A stretch of 63,289 bases of DNA, counting the filler, from Octopus bimaculoides (lineage: Eukaryota): the NCBI RefSeq assembly GCF_001194135.2. It is 6 parts of 6 records of this genome, joined end to end, with 100 filler letters (N's around TTAATTAATTAA, not from the genome) between each part and the next. Parts side by side here need not be neighbours in the genome. Positions count along the whole stretch, not along the records: positions 38,789 to 54,145 come from NC_068985.1; positions 54,246 to 58,581 come from NC_068993.1; positions 58,682 to 60,749 come from NW_026394998.1; 3 more parts are not named here. One strand, given 5' to 3'. Position numbers and translations under genes: made by a program. Below are positions 47,583 to 60,300 of the stretch, piece after piece. A model generated the notes under the pieces. The model did not search any database, was not told the origin of the DNA, and saw only the letters and a list, made by a program, of their open reading frames with translations. The stretch's first letter is position 1. Each line of letters starts with the position of its first letter.

Positions 47583-49732
47583 TTCTGTTTTTCTACCAAA
47601 CCCACTCACAAGGTTTTGGTCAGTCAGAGGTTACAGAAGATATCTTACCCTAGGTGCTACGCAGTAGGAGTGAACCCCGAACCATGTGGTTTGGAAGCAA
47701 ACTTTTACCTCACAGCCACGCTGGAACCTTTTTATTAATTAATTAATTTATTTATATTTTCAGCTCTAAAACGGTAACAAACCAAAAACAGTGCAATTCT
47801 CCGAAGACAACCAGGGCTAGGACTATTATTATATATAACAGCTTCAATTGGAAATCCGTCCTTCAGTCTCGATTTAATGATAACAACAAGGAACAGCCAC
47901 TCATCACTCCCGAGATGATTAGTCACATACTGACCTAAGACAGGAATTATGACTGACCCTAGATCTGGGGCAAAATAATTGTTTCAAATTTTAGTACAAG
48001 GCCAGCAATTTTAGGGGAGGGAGATAGTTGGTTACATTGACCCTAATACTCAACTGGTACTTATTTTATCGACCTCGAAAGGACGAAAAGTAAAGTCGAC
48101 CTCAATGAAATTTGAACTCATAACGTACAGAACCGAAAGAAATACCGCTAAGGATTTTGTTTAACGCTTTAGAGATTCTGCCAACTCGCCGTCCTTAATC
48201 TGGCAAAATAATAAAGATGTTTCCACCAGATATCAGGTCTTATGTGTTGTAATTTAATAATTTAACCAAACTAATCGATTGTTTAAGTGATTGTTCAGTT
48301 CATCAATCAATCATTTAGGTTTGTCGAAGTCTGTTAGACCTGCAACGGACCTATTGTAAAGAGGGTATGTCATTGATGAGGTTGCGAATGGCCCAACTGA
48401 TTGATTGATTGATTGATTGGTTCATTCATTCATTCATTGACCGAACGATTAATCAAACAGTTGATGAGTCAATTAGGTAAATGATTAGCCAATTGACAAA
48501 TAAATAAAAGAAATGAAATTGAATCAGTGCATATGCTTATTTTTGGCGTAAATAACCTTCCCGAAATACATCGAATTCTTGATTGAAATTCTTCATTCAA
48601 TAAAGCTTTTGGCAAAGAATAAACATCATTTTTGATTAATGTTTTATCCAGTGGTCTGAGACTAGTTGTTCTTCAGTAAACCAGACAAAACCCGATTAAA
48701 CAAGACCCGTAGTACAGCAATACCTGACAAAACATGTTGAGGGTCCACCTTTCACTAGTCATTTTACTCAGAACAAACGGGGTAGTCTCTATGAGTTATA
48801 CGACCAGATGGAAATTGCAAATAAGATCCCTCAACTCATACTCCATCTTCTTAAGAAGAACGAAGCTATATAGAAAAAAGCTGATGTGGAAGCCGAAATG
48901 CAAAAAAAAACAAAAAAACTGAGACATCTTTGATAGAATGTCAACTCAACCTGGACTAAAGAACACCACCTTAGCGCAGGTTGTTTTTGTTGCATGGTAG
49001 ATTATGCAGTAATCTAAGTGTATTGTACAGAGATAACTGCTTAATCTGTTTTTGCATGGCCAAACGTTTTGGTGGTAACTACTTCAAAGCTCAGAGAAAT
49101 GGCAAACTAGAGGCATGCATGGGCTTGTTTGGTTTAGATTTATATTAAAAATCATATTTTAAAGCAGCCCCCACCCTCTCTCTCTCTCTANNNNNNNNNN
49201 NNNNNNNNNNNNNNNNNNNACACACACACACACTTATACTAGTGAATTGCGTGTGTTTTGAACACACTTCGTCTAAAGTGGAGCCGGATAGAGGAGTTCT
49301 CCGATGACGAAAAACAACAGTGATTGGCATATTCACGTTCGGATCTGCCACAACGTATTAAGAATGAATAGATATGCCTGCGCCATGCACTGGGCTGGTC
49401 CACCGAAAGCATGAAAGGTAAAGTGGTCTCCCGTGAGATTTGAACTCTGAGTACAGAGAACCGGAACAAATACCTCATGTTCCATCCGACCTGCTAACGA
49501 CTCTGTCACTTGATCGTCTTTGGAACATAAGGACGATGATTCTTATCTACTACGATCTATATGCACTGTGCGTTTATATGAGATGACCTCTCAAGGTGAA
49601 TACCGCAGTATTCAGTGTTCTAACCAGACGTTCACGTTAAGGTGGATATAAAGATTGCCTTTTGGTACTAATACTGTTTCCGTGTCTGATAATAATTTTT
49701 CATAAGCACGAATATTTTTGAAGGTCACTCCG

Positions 49733-50218
49733 TTAGTATTTAGTGATTATAGGCTGTAAATAGAAGTAAAAGCTGAATATTTTACTCTTATCTAATGAAA
49801 ATTTTTTATGTCCCTCGATAAATCCCTCAGTTGAATCCTGTTTTAATCTTACTGTATTTTTAAAATTGCTTTTACAGTCATAAGACTCACAGCTTTTGTA
49901 AAGCTTTGTTGACACTATCACGAGCATGTTTTTGTTGTAGACTGGTTTAAGGTGACGATTGGTTGAATTGCTGAATGAAAATGTATTTCTCGGGTTGCGT
50001 GAAGAAGTAACTGACAACAGCCACGAATAATTAACAGAAGATTTTTATTATGGCACATACAGTTTTAATTATGTTGATCTGTTACAAATGATAATAGCAA
50101 TAATTACTTACCAGGAGAGACATACTGCTTGGAGTTTACGACAAGCTTACTGATACAGTAATCTATGGTTGGCCCTTCATTACTGGAAACAATTCTATAT
50201 TTGTGGCGACAATGATTC
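49733..50218 (-). CDS. Candidate two-exon coding segment of unknown product (50112-50218 spliced to 50011 and below)
   Basis: Strong donor G|gtaagt at 50112/50111; acceptor ctgttgtcag| in phase with the 94-codon ORF 49733..50017; non-repetitive, no recognisable domain. Confidence 0.25.
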
Positions 50219-50554
50219 CTGTCGACTATCAGTTATCTATCTTATGGCGAGAATGGGAACACAACAGGCAGCTGCTTCATCATTCTGCAATTTGCCTTAG
50301 CCGTCTGGCAAGTATGGAGGCGCTTATTGCTTAACCGTCTTCCAACATTCTCCCATTAGTTACTGCCAAGAAAAACGACCTTATACGGATTGAAGAAAAA
50401 TTCTAGAAGATTGAATCACGCGATGGCTTGATGCTGATTAGTCGTTTAATAGACCGATCACGTGAAACTACTGTAGTTTGCTCGTGATATCTGACCGCGT
50501 ATCCAGTGATTCAGTTTCGAATCACCGCTACAACAGTTTAGCGATAACTGAAGG

Positions 50555-50719
50555 CAGTAGCATAGCTAGGTTGTGGGCGATCGAGCAGTCCTCCTCGGAA
50601 GACACTTTTATATATAGGAGCGGCATGTTTGGGTCTGCTGCATAAGCCAGTTTTGTTACGGATGAAGCGGCAAATCCAAGGGCTGCCTCAGACGGCACAC
50701 ACCTTTAGCTACGCCACTA
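50555..50719. mobile_element. 165-bp hAT-type MITE
   Basis: Termini CAGTAGCATAGCTAG / CTTTAGCTACGCCACTA; 8-bp flanks ACTGAAGG and ACTGAAAC (6 of 8 match). Confidence 0.65.
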
Positions 50720-51174
50720 ACTGAAACATTACAGTTTTCCTGTACAGATTGCAGCTAATTAGCAAAAGACCTTCCTGAATGTTCCAGAGTTTTTATAAGG
50801 GTTCTCCACTAAATAGGCCCCCATATAGATTGTCCCTACACATTCAAATTAGTAGGTCGATTATGTTTATGATGTTACAGTGATTGGTAGTTTACTAACT
50901 AAATGACTGCTGCTGCTGTTGTTGCTGTTACATGTGATGTTTCTGTTTTAGGTTTCTGTCAGATGACTGAGTACATGCTTCTCCTTGTCACAATAACAAG
51001 TACATCTGATCTCTTCAATACATAAAATAAATAAAAAGCTGACACAGACTCACTTCCTGTTGATCTCATTCTTCAATTGTATGATTGTTATTTACACTTA
51101 ATACTGGTTGTGTTCGTGTAGTGGGGAAAGGGTGCAGTATGGCCGAATGGTTAAAACGTTCGTTTCACAACTAC

Positions 51175-51222
<48 letters not shown>

Positions 51223-51790
51223 NNNNNNNNNNNNNNNNNNNNNNNNNNNNNNNNNNNNNNNNNNNNNNNNNNNNNNNNNNNNNNNNNNNNNNNNNNNNNN
51301 NNNNNNNNNNNNNNNNNNNNNNNNNNNNNNNNNNNNNNNNNNNNNNNNNNNNNNNNNNNNNNNNNNNNNNNNNNNNNNNNNNNNNNNNNNNNNNNNNNNN
51401 NNNNNNNNNNNNNNNNNNNNNNNNNNNNNNNNNNNNNNNNNNNNNNNNNNNNNNNNNNNNNNNNNNNNNNNNNNNNNNNNNNNNNNNNNNNNNNNNNNNN
51501 NNNNNNNNNNNNNNNNNNNNNNNNNNNNNNNNNNNNNNNNNNNNNNNNNNNNNNNNNNNNNNNNNNNNNNNNNNNNNNNNNNNNNNNNNNNNNNNNNNNN
51601 NNNNNNNNNNNNNNNNNNNNNNNNNNNNNNNNNNNNNNNNNNNNNNNNNNNNNNNNNNNNNNNNNNNNNNNNNNNNNNNNNNNNNNNNNNNNNNNNNNNN
51701 NNNNNNNNNNNNNNNNNNNNNNNNNNNNNNNNNNNNNNNNNNNNNNNNNNNNNNNNNNNNNNNNNNNNNNNNNNNNNNNNNNNNNAATTT

Positions 51791-52560
51791 GAGGGCACTG
51801 AATCTGAAAATGGCCTTACTTTTTCTTGGTTAGCTACCGTTTTTGCTGTATAGAAATGCCTCATTTTTGGAAAAAAAACCCCCCAAAAAACCCATTTTTA
51901 AAATTTGTTTTCTGTATATTTGATATTGATCGATGGCAATATTTCTCGAAGTAAAATCGTAGAAACCTCTCGATTTGTATTTAAACCAACAAATATTGGT
52001 CTGCTTATTGAGAAATACTATTTTTGCAATAACAATCAGACCCTAAGTCTTTATAAATAACACGATTGAATATACGAAGACCAACAAGTATTTCCATTGA
52101 TTCATTAAATAAACTAATCGCAGAAATAAAACCTTCGTGAACATAAGAACTATGGTAAAAATTTTCTTTCTTGATTGTCTGTCATGTTCAATATTATTTA
52201 AGTCTCTTTTGATACTTCAGCAATAGTCCGCCGTTATTCGTTTGTTCCACCGTCTCTGGTAGCGTTCTTCCATTGTTTTGATATCCTGATGGAATCGTTC
52301 TCTTTGCTTATCACTCACATCACCGCAATTATCCGGAAATTTATCTTGATGGCTATGTAAAAAAAGAACCTTAGTACTCATAATGGCGCCTATCTCCAGT
52401 ACACTTTTCAACAGCTTTTCCACGAACTCCTTGTAGTTTTCGGCCCGGTGATTGTCTAAGAAGTTTTTCACCATGTCAACAAACGTAGTCAGGATCGTTT
52501 TCACTTTGTCTCTCATTTACATCAGTATCAGACTCGTCACTTTCAACAAGTGGAGGAAAG
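51791..52560 (-). mobile_element. DNA transposon right end with a transposase C-terminal fragment (superfamily not assigned with certainty; Sola is a candidate)
   Basis: ORF 52217..52516: KNFLDNHRAENY...FLHSHQDKFPDNCGDVSDKQRERFHQDIKTMEERYQRRW...ADYC, a decayed version of a widespread invertebrate transposase motif; terminus-like GAGGGCACTGAATCTG at 51791. Confidence 0.75.
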
Positions 52561-52659
52561 GTCATCATTGGTTTTAAACGCTTTCAGTAAACCAGAGCAG
52601 TAAATCATCCTTCTGTTTGGAGCTCATTATTTACTTTGCATGAACAGAAAGAAGAGTTA

Positions 52660-53800
52660 TTGTAGAGGAACGCTTCGTTCACCAGCACGTTGTTTCTGAA
52701 ATTCATTAAAACAAAAGTTGGGACTGCTCATTCCATCGGAAAAGTTTTCGGCTGGTCAAGCAGTCATTTATGCATCGCTTCCTGCACTTCTTCGCCTGTA
52801 GCAAATTGGCGACCCCGGAAAGGATGTTGAGCGGCCCAAAGAGGATATTGACGCAAGGGATGAGATCTGGACTGTATGCAGGGTGTTCCAGCAACTCGAA
52901 ACTCAATTTTTCAATGCTTTTAATGGTGTGGGCGTGCATTGTCGTGTAACAATAACATTTGCTTTGACAATAGACATTGGCGTTTGGTGTGAATTGCTGG
53001 TTTCATTTTGTTGGCCAGCATTTTACTGTAGCTTACACTGGTGACTGTAGACTCCTTAACGACGTAATGTTCCAGTATAGGACCTTTTGCGTCCCAAAAA
53101 GCAGTTAGCATCACTTTCTGCGGAAGGTTGAATCTTGAATTTCTGTTTTATTAACGATTCTGGGTGTTTCCTTTTCATACACTACCTTTTGAATTCTAGC
53201 TCCAAATGATGGACCCAGATCTTATGTCCTGTGACTATTCTATCCCCAAAAAGCTTCACCTTCATCGTTGTATCGGTCGAATAAGCATTGACAGATCTCC
53301 ACACGATTGCGTTTATGCGCTTCGGTAATCTCTTTTGGCACTCATCTTGCACAGACTTTATGGAAGCGAAGCTTGTCGTAGACGGTTTCGTATGTAGAAT
53401 CATGACTAATTTGCAGAGAACATTCTACCTCATCGATGGCGGTCACTGGTCGGTTCGTCAGAACCATCTGTCGAGCTTGTTGAATTTTCCTCAATGGTGG
53501 AAGTTGATGGAGGTCCTGCTCCCGCTTCGCGCGTGTCCGGCCATTTTAAAATTTCTCGATCCACTCGTAAACACTTAGACGTCGTAGTGTACTGTTTCTG
53601 TACTGTACTGAGAGCCTGCCATGAATTTCAGTCCCTAACATATCTTCAGACCAGAGAAATCGGATCATTGATCTCTGTTCTTTCTTGGGGCACACTGCCA
53701 GCGGAGTGGTCATATTTACTCTGTGACACAAGAAAGAAAACTGGAATGACCAAGGTCAAACTTCGGTTTCCTAACCACAAGAGTTCCACCTCTTAGTACG
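52660..53800 (-). pseudogene. Mariner (irritans-like) transposase pseudogene in at least four frame pieces
   Basis: QRSMIRFLWSE...VYEWIEKF; IVTGHKIWVHH (first Asp lost); TAFWDAKG...LLHDNARPH; LEHPAYSPDL. Confidence 0.92.
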
Positions 53801-54145
53801 CGAATGCTGAAGGCAGTGCAGCTAACCCAAAGAAGGTTTTAGCGGAAGTGCGGATATTTCTTTTATTTCCTCTTGTGTACACACACACTCACATACGCAC
53901 ACACATGTACCTATATGTATTATGTATGTATGTATGTATGCATGTATGTATCAGGCGTGGCTGTGTGGTAAGAAGCTTGCTTCTCAACCATATGGTTCCT
54001 GGTTCAGTTCCAGCATGACACCTTGGGCTGGGCATGTGTCTTCTACTATAGCCTCGAGCCGACCAAAGCCTTCTGAGTGGATTTCGTAGACGGAAACTGA
54101 AAGAAGCTTGTCGTGTATATATATACATATATATATATATATATA

Positions 54146-54245
54146 NNNNNNNNNNNNNNNNNNNNNNNNNNNNNNNNNNNNNNNNNNNNTTAATTAATTA
54201 ANNNNNNNNNNNNNNNNNNNNNNNNNNNNNNNNNNNNNNNNNNNN
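54146..54245. other. Artificial assembly spacer
   Basis: 44 N + TTAATTAATTAA (54190-54201) + 44 N. Confidence 0.95.
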
Positions 54246-54311
<66 letters not shown>

Positions 54312-54520
54312 CATTATTATTAACACGGCGAGTTGGCAGAATCGTTAGCACGCCGGGCAAAATGCTTACTGGCATTTCGTCCGTCTTGACGTCCTGAGTT
54401 CAAATTCTGCTGAGGTGGGCTTTACCTTTCATCCTTTAGGAGTCTATAAATGAAGTACCCGTGGAGTACTGGGGTCGATGTAATCGACTAGTCCCCTCCC
54501 AAAAATTTCAGGCCTTGTGC

Positions 54521-55020
54521 TCCGGGCATTGCTGACTTGTGGTGTTATGTCGAACAGCTGCTGTTACGTGTGGAACGGATTCGTCTGTCGGCCGAGTCTA
54601 ATGATTATTGAACTGCCGCCCTCCTTCAGTCGGGCAGGCAAGGCAGTTGTCCTTTGCCTGATGGCTGTGGCGAAAGAAGTTGTTTGGTGGACAAGACTGA
54701 AAGGCATGAAGACATATACATTCCTCTTTGGTAGAGCCCTCATTGGCTTCTTCAAGTTTGACTTGAAAAGGAAGTTGAGAGTGGAGAGGGAAGTGCTGTC
54801 CTCGAGTGAGTTTATTGAAAAGTGGGTGAAAGTTGCGAAAATAGCAAAGAGTGGATGGTACCTCTCTAAACGTAGACCTGCGAGCCGGTGAGAAAGAATT
54901 GGGGAGGGCACTTGCTCCTGGGGTTTCAGGGAAACCTCGGACAGTGGTGTTCCTCGATTATCCCTAGAGGCCTTCCTGTATCAGGAGGGCCTCATCTCTA
55001 TCGTTCTCCCCGCCCCTTTT
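54521..55020 (+). mobile_element. 5'-truncated Tx1/L1-type LINE ORF2 C-terminus with 3' UTR
   Basis: LMAVAKEVVWWTR...FFKFDLKRKLRVERE...EFIEKW, resembling the AK..IW..R...F..W terminal pattern of L1/Tx1 ORF2; abuts a SINE B tail. Confidence 0.6.
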
Positions 55021-55357
55021 AATGAAACAGAAAGAAAGTATATACGGTATACACTGAAAAAGAGGGGACATATGCATATCATACAAACGCTTAAAACAAA
55101 AAGGGTGGGATTTGCTTGTCAGTTAGTTGACCTTAACCAGTTGAGCATGTCCCTTGGTGGCTGACGATATGTGCATATCTGATTACTGGCAGAAGTAGTG
55201 GAAGAGCATCATGGCCATGTGTTGAGAGGAATTCTTTGGGGTTTGACACTTGCCCAAGATACCACGCAGTGGGACTGAACCCAGAACCATGTGGTTGGTA
55301 AACATTTTGCCAGTAAGCATTTTGCCCGGCGTGCTTACGATTCTGCCAGCTCGCCGC

Positions 55358-55407
<50 letters not shown>

Positions 55408-56636
55408 TAATAATAATAATAATAATACGACGGGCTTCTTTTAGTTTCCGTCTACCAAATCCATTCACAAGGCTTTGGTCTGTCTAAGGCTTTAGTAGAA
55501 GACGCCTGCCCAAGGTACCACGCAGTGTGACTGAACCTGGAACCATGTGTCTGGGAAGCAAGTTTCTTGCCACGCAGCCACGCTTGCGCTTATGTATGTA
55601 TGTATGTATGTATGTATGTATGTATGTATGTGTTTGTAGGAGTGTATAAATGTATATACACACGTACATAAAACATTCAGACATTATTGTGATGAGAAAA
55701 AAAAAAAAACACGAAACAATAGCTAAGTTATTGTTAACATATTTATTGTTTGTATTTTCGGTGTGTGTGTGTGTGTGTGTGTGTGNNNNNNNNNNNNNNN
55801 NNNNNNNNNNNNNNNNNNNNNNNNNNNNNNNNNNNNNNNNNNNNNNNNNNNNNNNNNNNNNNNNNNNNNNNNNNNNNNNNNNNNNNNNNNNNNNNNNNNN
55901 NNNNNNNNNNNNNNNNNNNNNNNNNNNNNNNNNNNNNNNNNNNNNNNNNNNNNNNNNNNNNNNNNNNNNNNNNNNNNNNNNNNNNNNNNNNNNNNNNNNN
56001 NNNNNNNNNNNNNNNNNNNNNNNNNNNNNNNNNNNNNNNNNNNNNNNNNNNNNNNNNNNNNNNNNNNNNNNNNNNNNNNNNNNNNNNNNNNNNNNNNNNN
56101 NNNNNNNNNNNNNNNNNNNNNNNNNNNNNTTTATCTTTTACTTGTTTCAGTCGTTAGAGTGTGACCATGCTGGAGCACCGCCTTTAAGAATTCTAGTCGA
56201 ATGAAGCTACTTCAGTACTTAATATTTTTTTTAAAAATCTGATGCATATTTAATTGGTGTTTTAGGTGAACCGCTAAGTTACGGAGACATAATGACATCA
56301 ACACCGATTTCAAGCGGTGTGTGTGCGTGAGGGGGGGGGGTACAAACAAAGACACACATACACACACGCACACATCTTTTATCTTTTACATTAGACTGTG
56401 GCCATGCTGGGGCACCGACTTAACGAATTTCAGTCGAACGAATCGACCCCCAGTAATTACTGTTTTCAGCCTTGTGCTTATTCTATCGGTCTCCTTTTGC
56501 AATTCATCCTTATAATATTATATGAAGAATATATATATACGTGTGAGCGTAATATATATGGGTGTATGTGTTCATTGATTCATTTTTGCTTGATAATTAA
56601 TTAACTGTCCCTCATCCTCTTTTTCACTCAACAGTA

Positions 56637-56675
<39 letters not shown>

Positions 56676-56707
56676 GCACATACACACGCACACACACGCA
56701 CGCACAC

Positions 56708-56754
<47 letters not shown>

Positions 56755-57544
56755 TTAATTATTAATTAGCCCTTCCCTTTCTACATTACACTTGCACGTC
56801 GATACTGATGCGTACACAGGCACATAGATAAAGTTATGTACGTTTGTATATACATACATTCATATATATTAACATATTTGTATGTTTATGTATATGTAAA
56901 CATGTATGCATATATACATACATACATACATGTGTGTGAGTGTATATCTGTATATATACGTAAACGCGCATTTATATATACATGTTAAATAAACGCGTGA
57001 ATTGGTGTTAATGAATTAAATATTAATATGCAATTAGGTATAAAATAATAATATTATAATTAATAAATTCAGTACGATACTGAGGCATACAGTGTTAATA
57101 TATATGTGCACATATATATTGACACATATTTATATATCTGTGTGTGTGTATATATGTGTTTGTGTATATTTATATATATATGTGTCTGGAGTGTTTGTCA
57201 TGTTAAAATCCTGACTATCAAATTTATGTGTAAAACCTTTATAAAAATGCCATAGAGTATAAAGGTAGAACCATATATATTATTATTCTATTATTATTAT
57301 TATTTACTTAGAGATTCTTCCATCATTCTTTTAGTAACGCCGCTGAAATAACCGATCCGCTGAGGAGGTAAAATATGGCCGAAATATATCCACGGTTGTC
57401 ATTACTTATTGACTAACATTATTTTCCACCACCGCATAGTTATGTCCAGATAATTCTTCAAATGCATGGTGCTGTCTGTTATTACACTTATTTGGGGTTC
57501 CAAACCTATGCCTTTTTTTTTTATCTTTCTTGTTTCCGTCATTA

Positions 57545-57835
57545 GCTTGTGGCAATGCTGGGGCAACGATTTGAAGAATTTTTAGTCAAATGAATCGATC
57601 CCAGTACTTATTTTTTTAAAAGCCTGGCACTTATTCTATCGGGTCTCTTTTACCGAACCGATAAGTTACAGGGACGTAAACACACCAGCACCGGTTGTCA
57701 AGCGGTGGTGGATGACAAACACTGACAAAAAGACACACACACACACGCACACACACGACGGGCGTCTTTCAGTGCCCAAGGTGCCACGAACCATGTGGTT
57801 GGGAAGCAAGCTTCTTACAACGTAGACACTCCTGC
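57545..57835 (-). mobile_element. SINE family A copy (further partial copies at 53955-54115, 55430-55585, 56130-56500, 58683-58865)
   Basis: GGCAATGCTGGGGCA...ACCGAACCGATAAGTTAC...CCGGTTGTCAAGCG...CCATGTGGTTGGGAAGCAAGCTTCTTAC. Confidence 0.8.
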
Positions 57836-57929
57836 GCTTATTGCGTATGTATGTGTGTGAGTATTCATACATACATACATACATACATACATGCACACTC
57901 GCACGCACACACACACACACACACACACG

Positions 57930-57966
<37 letters not shown>

Positions 57967-58581
57967 GCGCGCACACACATAAGCAGGTGTATACATTGAA
58001 TATCTGACAGGCGATGTATGTATAAAACTATTGTTTTTAATATGGTGATATGGACAGCAGTCTAGAGAGGAAGAAGTCAGTCGATGTCAGTTCTTCACTG
58101 GTGCTTTGTTTCGTGGATCCCGAAAGAACGAAAAGCAAAGTTGAACCCAGCTGCGATTCGAAATCAAAACACTATTAAGATGTTTTCTTCCGACGCTCTA
58201 GCGATTCTGCCTATCTATCACTCTCCTTTTTCGTTATTGACTCAGAAGGTCTTTCTCTCCTTGCTTTTCTGTCTATCATTCCCCTCTCTGCATCTCTCCT
58301 TCCCGCTTTGTCTCCCCTTCCTTCTCCCCCCCCCTCATATTCAAATCTTTCCTTTCCGTTACATTCCCAACAATCGATGTCCATCTTGTTGACAACGTTT
58401 CTTTCTTACACTTAAAGACCGGGTCAAGGTTCGTGTCAACAAGCAAGCTTTCTGAAAAGTCAAAGCTACAATTCAGTTACTCCCTGCTATTGTAAAAAGG
58501 TTTTATAAACAAACAAAAGCTAGTGGAGGCTTTCAAGAAGAAAAGAAAATTGTATCTTTTTATCTTTGTTTCAGTCACTGG

Positions 58582-58681
58582 NNNNNNNNNNNNNNNNNNN
58601 NNNNNNNNNNNNNNNNNNNNNNNNNTTAATTAATTAANNNNNNNNNNNNNNNNNNNNNNNNNNNNNNNNNNNNNNNNNNNN
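58582..58681. other. Artificial assembly spacer
   Basis: 44 N + TTAATTAATTAA (58626-58637) + 44 N. Confidence 0.95.
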
Positions 58682-59019
58682 GGTGATGTGGACAAACATA
58701 GGCACAAACAAAACACACACACGCACATACAAATATAAGACTGGCTTCTTTCAGTTTCCCTCTATCAAATCCACTCACAAGGCTGTTAGAAACTTGCCCA
58801 AGGTGCCACGCAGTGGAACTGAACCACGAACCTTGTGGTTGATAAGAAAGCTACTTACCACACAACTTTNNNNNNNNNNTTTAAAAATTGTTTCAAATTG
58901 TGTAGATTACCATTATATAGGAATTTGTTGGGGTAAAAACACTACTTGGAGTAGGGGTGGACAATTCAGAGACCTTGTGAAAATGTATGAGGAAATAAAG
59001 ACGTGTGAATTAGACGAAA

Positions 59020-59476
59020 CTCCTGTCCCCTCTGAAAACGTTTTCTGCAAGTGATAGAAAGGGACCAAATTGTCTTATCAGCCGTCCCTGGGTTAGAGGT
59101 AGGTGCCTCATGTGGGATGCCACAGTCTGCGACTCCTTTGCTCCATCTCACATCCTGGATGCTGTAGTTAATGGCAGGGTCCCTACGTCCATAGCCAAAT
59201 AGAAGAAAACCCTGAGCTATCGGGACCTGACAGTGAACTATGTCTTCTACCCTGTGGCACTTGAGACATTCGGAGGGACTAGGCTACTACGCATGAAATT
59301 CTTGTCAACGTTGGTAGATTCCCTGACTGAGGTGTCAGGTGATACCTGTAAGGGCGCTTGGTTTTTCCTAACACTTTAGCCTTGCTGTTGCCTGTAGTAC
59401 TACTGCAACCATGCTGGATTGCTTCAGGAGGTTCTATTGAACCTTGTGGTGTGCGACCAGTTGCTGTGATAAAAAA
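59020..59476 (+). mobile_element. CRE-clade-like non-LTR retrotransposon 3' end (restriction-like endonuclease), decayed, with a short A tail
   Basis: SDRKGPN...PWVRGRCLMWDATVCDSFAPSH...KKTLSYRDLTVNYVFYPVALETFGG...GD...WFF.HFSLAV, matching KRPDG..PW..GK.L.WD.T..D...K..KY..L..F.P.A.ET.G; one stop and one frameshift; A8 near 59469. Confidence 0.75.
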
Positions 59477-59479
59477 AAT

Positions 59480-60300
59480 TCCCCATAAATGGTTTCAATA
59501 CAATTTTAACAGAAAGATTTGGAAGAATTAAATGAATGTTCTCCAGGTAAATTTCTGTATTAAAACCCACAATTTTCACAAAGAAAAAAAAGAAAACTCT
59601 TATCTTTTGCATGGAATCTGACCTCATGCTGCAAATCCCATATTTTGGTTTGGAAAAACAGGAGGACACTCCCATCCCGGAATCATTGGAAATTTTTTCT
59701 CTTTCGTTGAATGAATTTCTGTGACCATCTAATATGCTACAAAACCCATTTTGGGGTCTGAAAAACGGAGTGGGGTGAGGTGGAAGCCTCGAAAAGTTTC
59801 CCCCACGTCCGTTGATCGGATTTTTTAGCATGGAATCAAGTACCCTAACCATCCAGTATGCAGCAAATGCCTTATTTTTGTTCAGAGAAAAACTTGGGGC
59901 ATTCAACCCTTGTTTGGCGCAGATGGAAAGATGAAACCGGGTGGGGGTGAAATTTCTGAGACTTGCACCTCATTGCAGCCCATTTTCGGACCCGAAAAAT
60001 AGTTTTGCCGCATATTAGGAGGTCACAGGAATTCATTCAACANNNNNNNNNNAAAAAAAAATACAAAAATACCAAATGCTTCCGGTGCGGGGAGGTGTGG
60101 CCCTCCCCACTTTTACAGAACCAAAAGAAGGGATTTGCAGCATATTAGGAGCTCAAGGTACTAGATTACACCTAAAAAATCCAAGTTGTTTTTCCTTTTG
60201 CTGAGTGAATATCATGCAGGTGTTAATATAGAAATTTACCATTCTCCAGTAATTTTCTTTCCGGTAAATAAATATTTATGTTGACTTGGATAAGGGGTGA
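59480..60300. mobile_element. Old modular foldback / non-autonomous DNA element
   Basis: GGTAAATTTCTGTATTAAAACC (left) versus the reverse complement GGTAAATTTCTATATTAACACC (right); ATGCTGCAAA-type modules forward near 59625, 59730, 59857 and inverted near 60004, 60136. Confidence 0.6.

Noticed and set aside
48700-48930. Non-repetitive open stretches on both strands
   Set aside because: Interrupted by stops, no recognisable motif and no convincing splice sites.
57330-57400. VDIFRPYF on the - strand, reminiscent of the iGluR VDF..PY motif
   Set aside because: Short ORF bounded by stops, without splice support; likely chance.
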